From the IMG/VR virus record IMGVR_UViG_3300031707_000005, positions 20,624-84,623 of that record: 64,000 bases of DNA; one strand, 5' to 3'. The first letter of the stretch is position 1. Each line of letters begins with the position of its first letter. Below are positions 63,218 through 64,000 of the stretch, one piece after another. The DNA is from a virus. The notes below the pieces were generated by a model. It worked only from the letters and a program-made list of their open reading frames with translations, was not told where the DNA came from and did no database searches. A program made the translations under genes and the position numbers.

Positions 63218-64000
63218 TTAGAGGATTTGATAGGTGAAGGTATAGCGCATAGCAACTGCGGCGGTGTTTACAGCAACCCAATCCATGAAAGCCAGGTCTG
63301 TGCCGCTGTCAGCACCTATAGCCGCAGTTTCAGCACCAGTGCTCGCAGTACCGCCGCACTGCTCTTCGGCAGTAAAGTTGCTTGCGACAGGAAGACTCAT
63401 TTGCAGGCTAGCCGCAGCCGCAGCTATCGCGTCCACAACAAGTTTCCCGCTCACCGTCACCACGTTACCGATGCGCAACCACTGTGCCACCGAAGCAACA
63501 ACGGGACTCAGATTTGAAATGTTGCTAATCACAGGCGTGTACGTGCCGAAGTCGAGTCCTAACATCGCCCGCACTCCCGATGGCGTCATACTGCTCAGGT
63601 CACTGCCGACAGGACGGCCCACAAGCTCGCCTTCGCCAATCACAAGCGCCGCGATGTCGTTGCCCACCCCGACACTCGCGAGTAGCGAGTTGTCGAACAT
63701 GGCCGCGCCGTTAGGACGCCCAGCAAACGTAGATGTTGGGATAAAGCGAGGATTGCTGCCCAGTGCCCACTGGAAGACGTCTTCCGGTAACCATATCTTC
63801 GTCGAGCCGTTGAAACGCAGAATGGACACGATAGGCGCGGGCACTGAAGGCTGCTTGATCGTGTAGACCGGATTCCCTGGGATAAAGATGAAGTCGGGGC
63901 CACCCACGTTTGCCGTGATCAACATCGAACCGTTCATGCCGTATTCGTTCAAGAACCCGATTACATCACCATCGACGCCTAGCGGGAGCGCAATCGCGAG
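63218..64000 (-). CDS. Tail fibre/virion appendage protein, C-terminal part; 5' end beyond the window
   Basis: Frame stays open to 64000. GTYTP...AQWLRIGNVVTVSG...LPVAS is a common fibre-tip pattern. DNA is visibly GC-richer. Confidence 0.6.
   Translation of the reverse strand, partial: LAIALPLGVDGDVIGFLNEYGMNGSMLITANVGGPDFIFIPGNPVYTIKQPSVPAPIVSILRFNGSTKIWLPEDVFQWALGSNPRFIPTSTFAGRPNGAAMFDNSLLASVGVGNDIAALVIGEGELVGRPVGSDLSSMTPSGVRAMLGLDFGTYTPVISNISNLSPVVASVAQWLRIGNVVTVSGKLVVDAIAAAAASLQMSLPVASNFTAEEQCGGTASTGAETAAIGADSGTDLAFMDWVAVNTAAVAMRYTFTYQIL

Noticed and set aside
63227-63903. Overlapping plus-strand and alternate-frame ORFs
   Set aside because: Antisense shadows of a GC-rich gene.
1-64000. 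CRISPR array or CRISPR system suggested by the Cas4-like gene
   Set aside because: No repeat-spacer array and no cas1/cas2 seen; solo Cas4-like nucleases are common in phage recombination modules.
1-64000. Stop-codon reassignment
   Set aside because: Conserved genes are full length in code 11, and TAA, TAG and TGA all end genes with tight packing.

Overview
The whole window is a fragment of a large tailed-phage genome, probably a jumbo phage. It uses the standard genetic code, and I saw no rRNA, tRNA or CRISPR array. All product calls come from motif recognition by eye, without database searches. Head morphogenesis block (1-17.3 kb, minus strand): an intein-interrupted prohead protease that runs off the left edge and is missed by the ORF track, portal, large and probable small terminase, and many acidic head-associated proteins sharing K/R-x-A(S) and LxRLAH motifs. 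Replication, recombination and transcription block (17.4-44.6 kb): three sigma-like proteins, NusG, a 5'-3' exonuclease, a full DnaX/HolA/HolB clamp loader plus beta clamp, primase, SbcD and a half-SbcC, a Cas4-like nuclease, RecD2, an NAD+ ligase split into two divergent genes, HPRT and an intein-containing class II RNR. Nucleotide metabolism and accessory genes (45-63 kb): a PurZ-like synthetase, tandem ThyX, dNMP kinase, DHH, HhH glycosylase, Nudix, KhpA and a PAS-coiled-coil-TM protein. A GC-rich tail-fibre-like gene lies at the right edge. Most notable: (1) a PurZ-type enzyme, implying possible 2-aminoadenine DNA in a phage with a Pol III-type replisome; (2) a shared C-terminal (V/I)MxS-stop tag on at least 6 mostly unrelated proteins; (3) an exact G-TANNNT-N5-start leaderless promoter architecture plus a separate late-gene motif; (4) the split ligase; (5) a sigma-DnaA domain IV fusion and a sigma-like protein carrying head-protein motifs.
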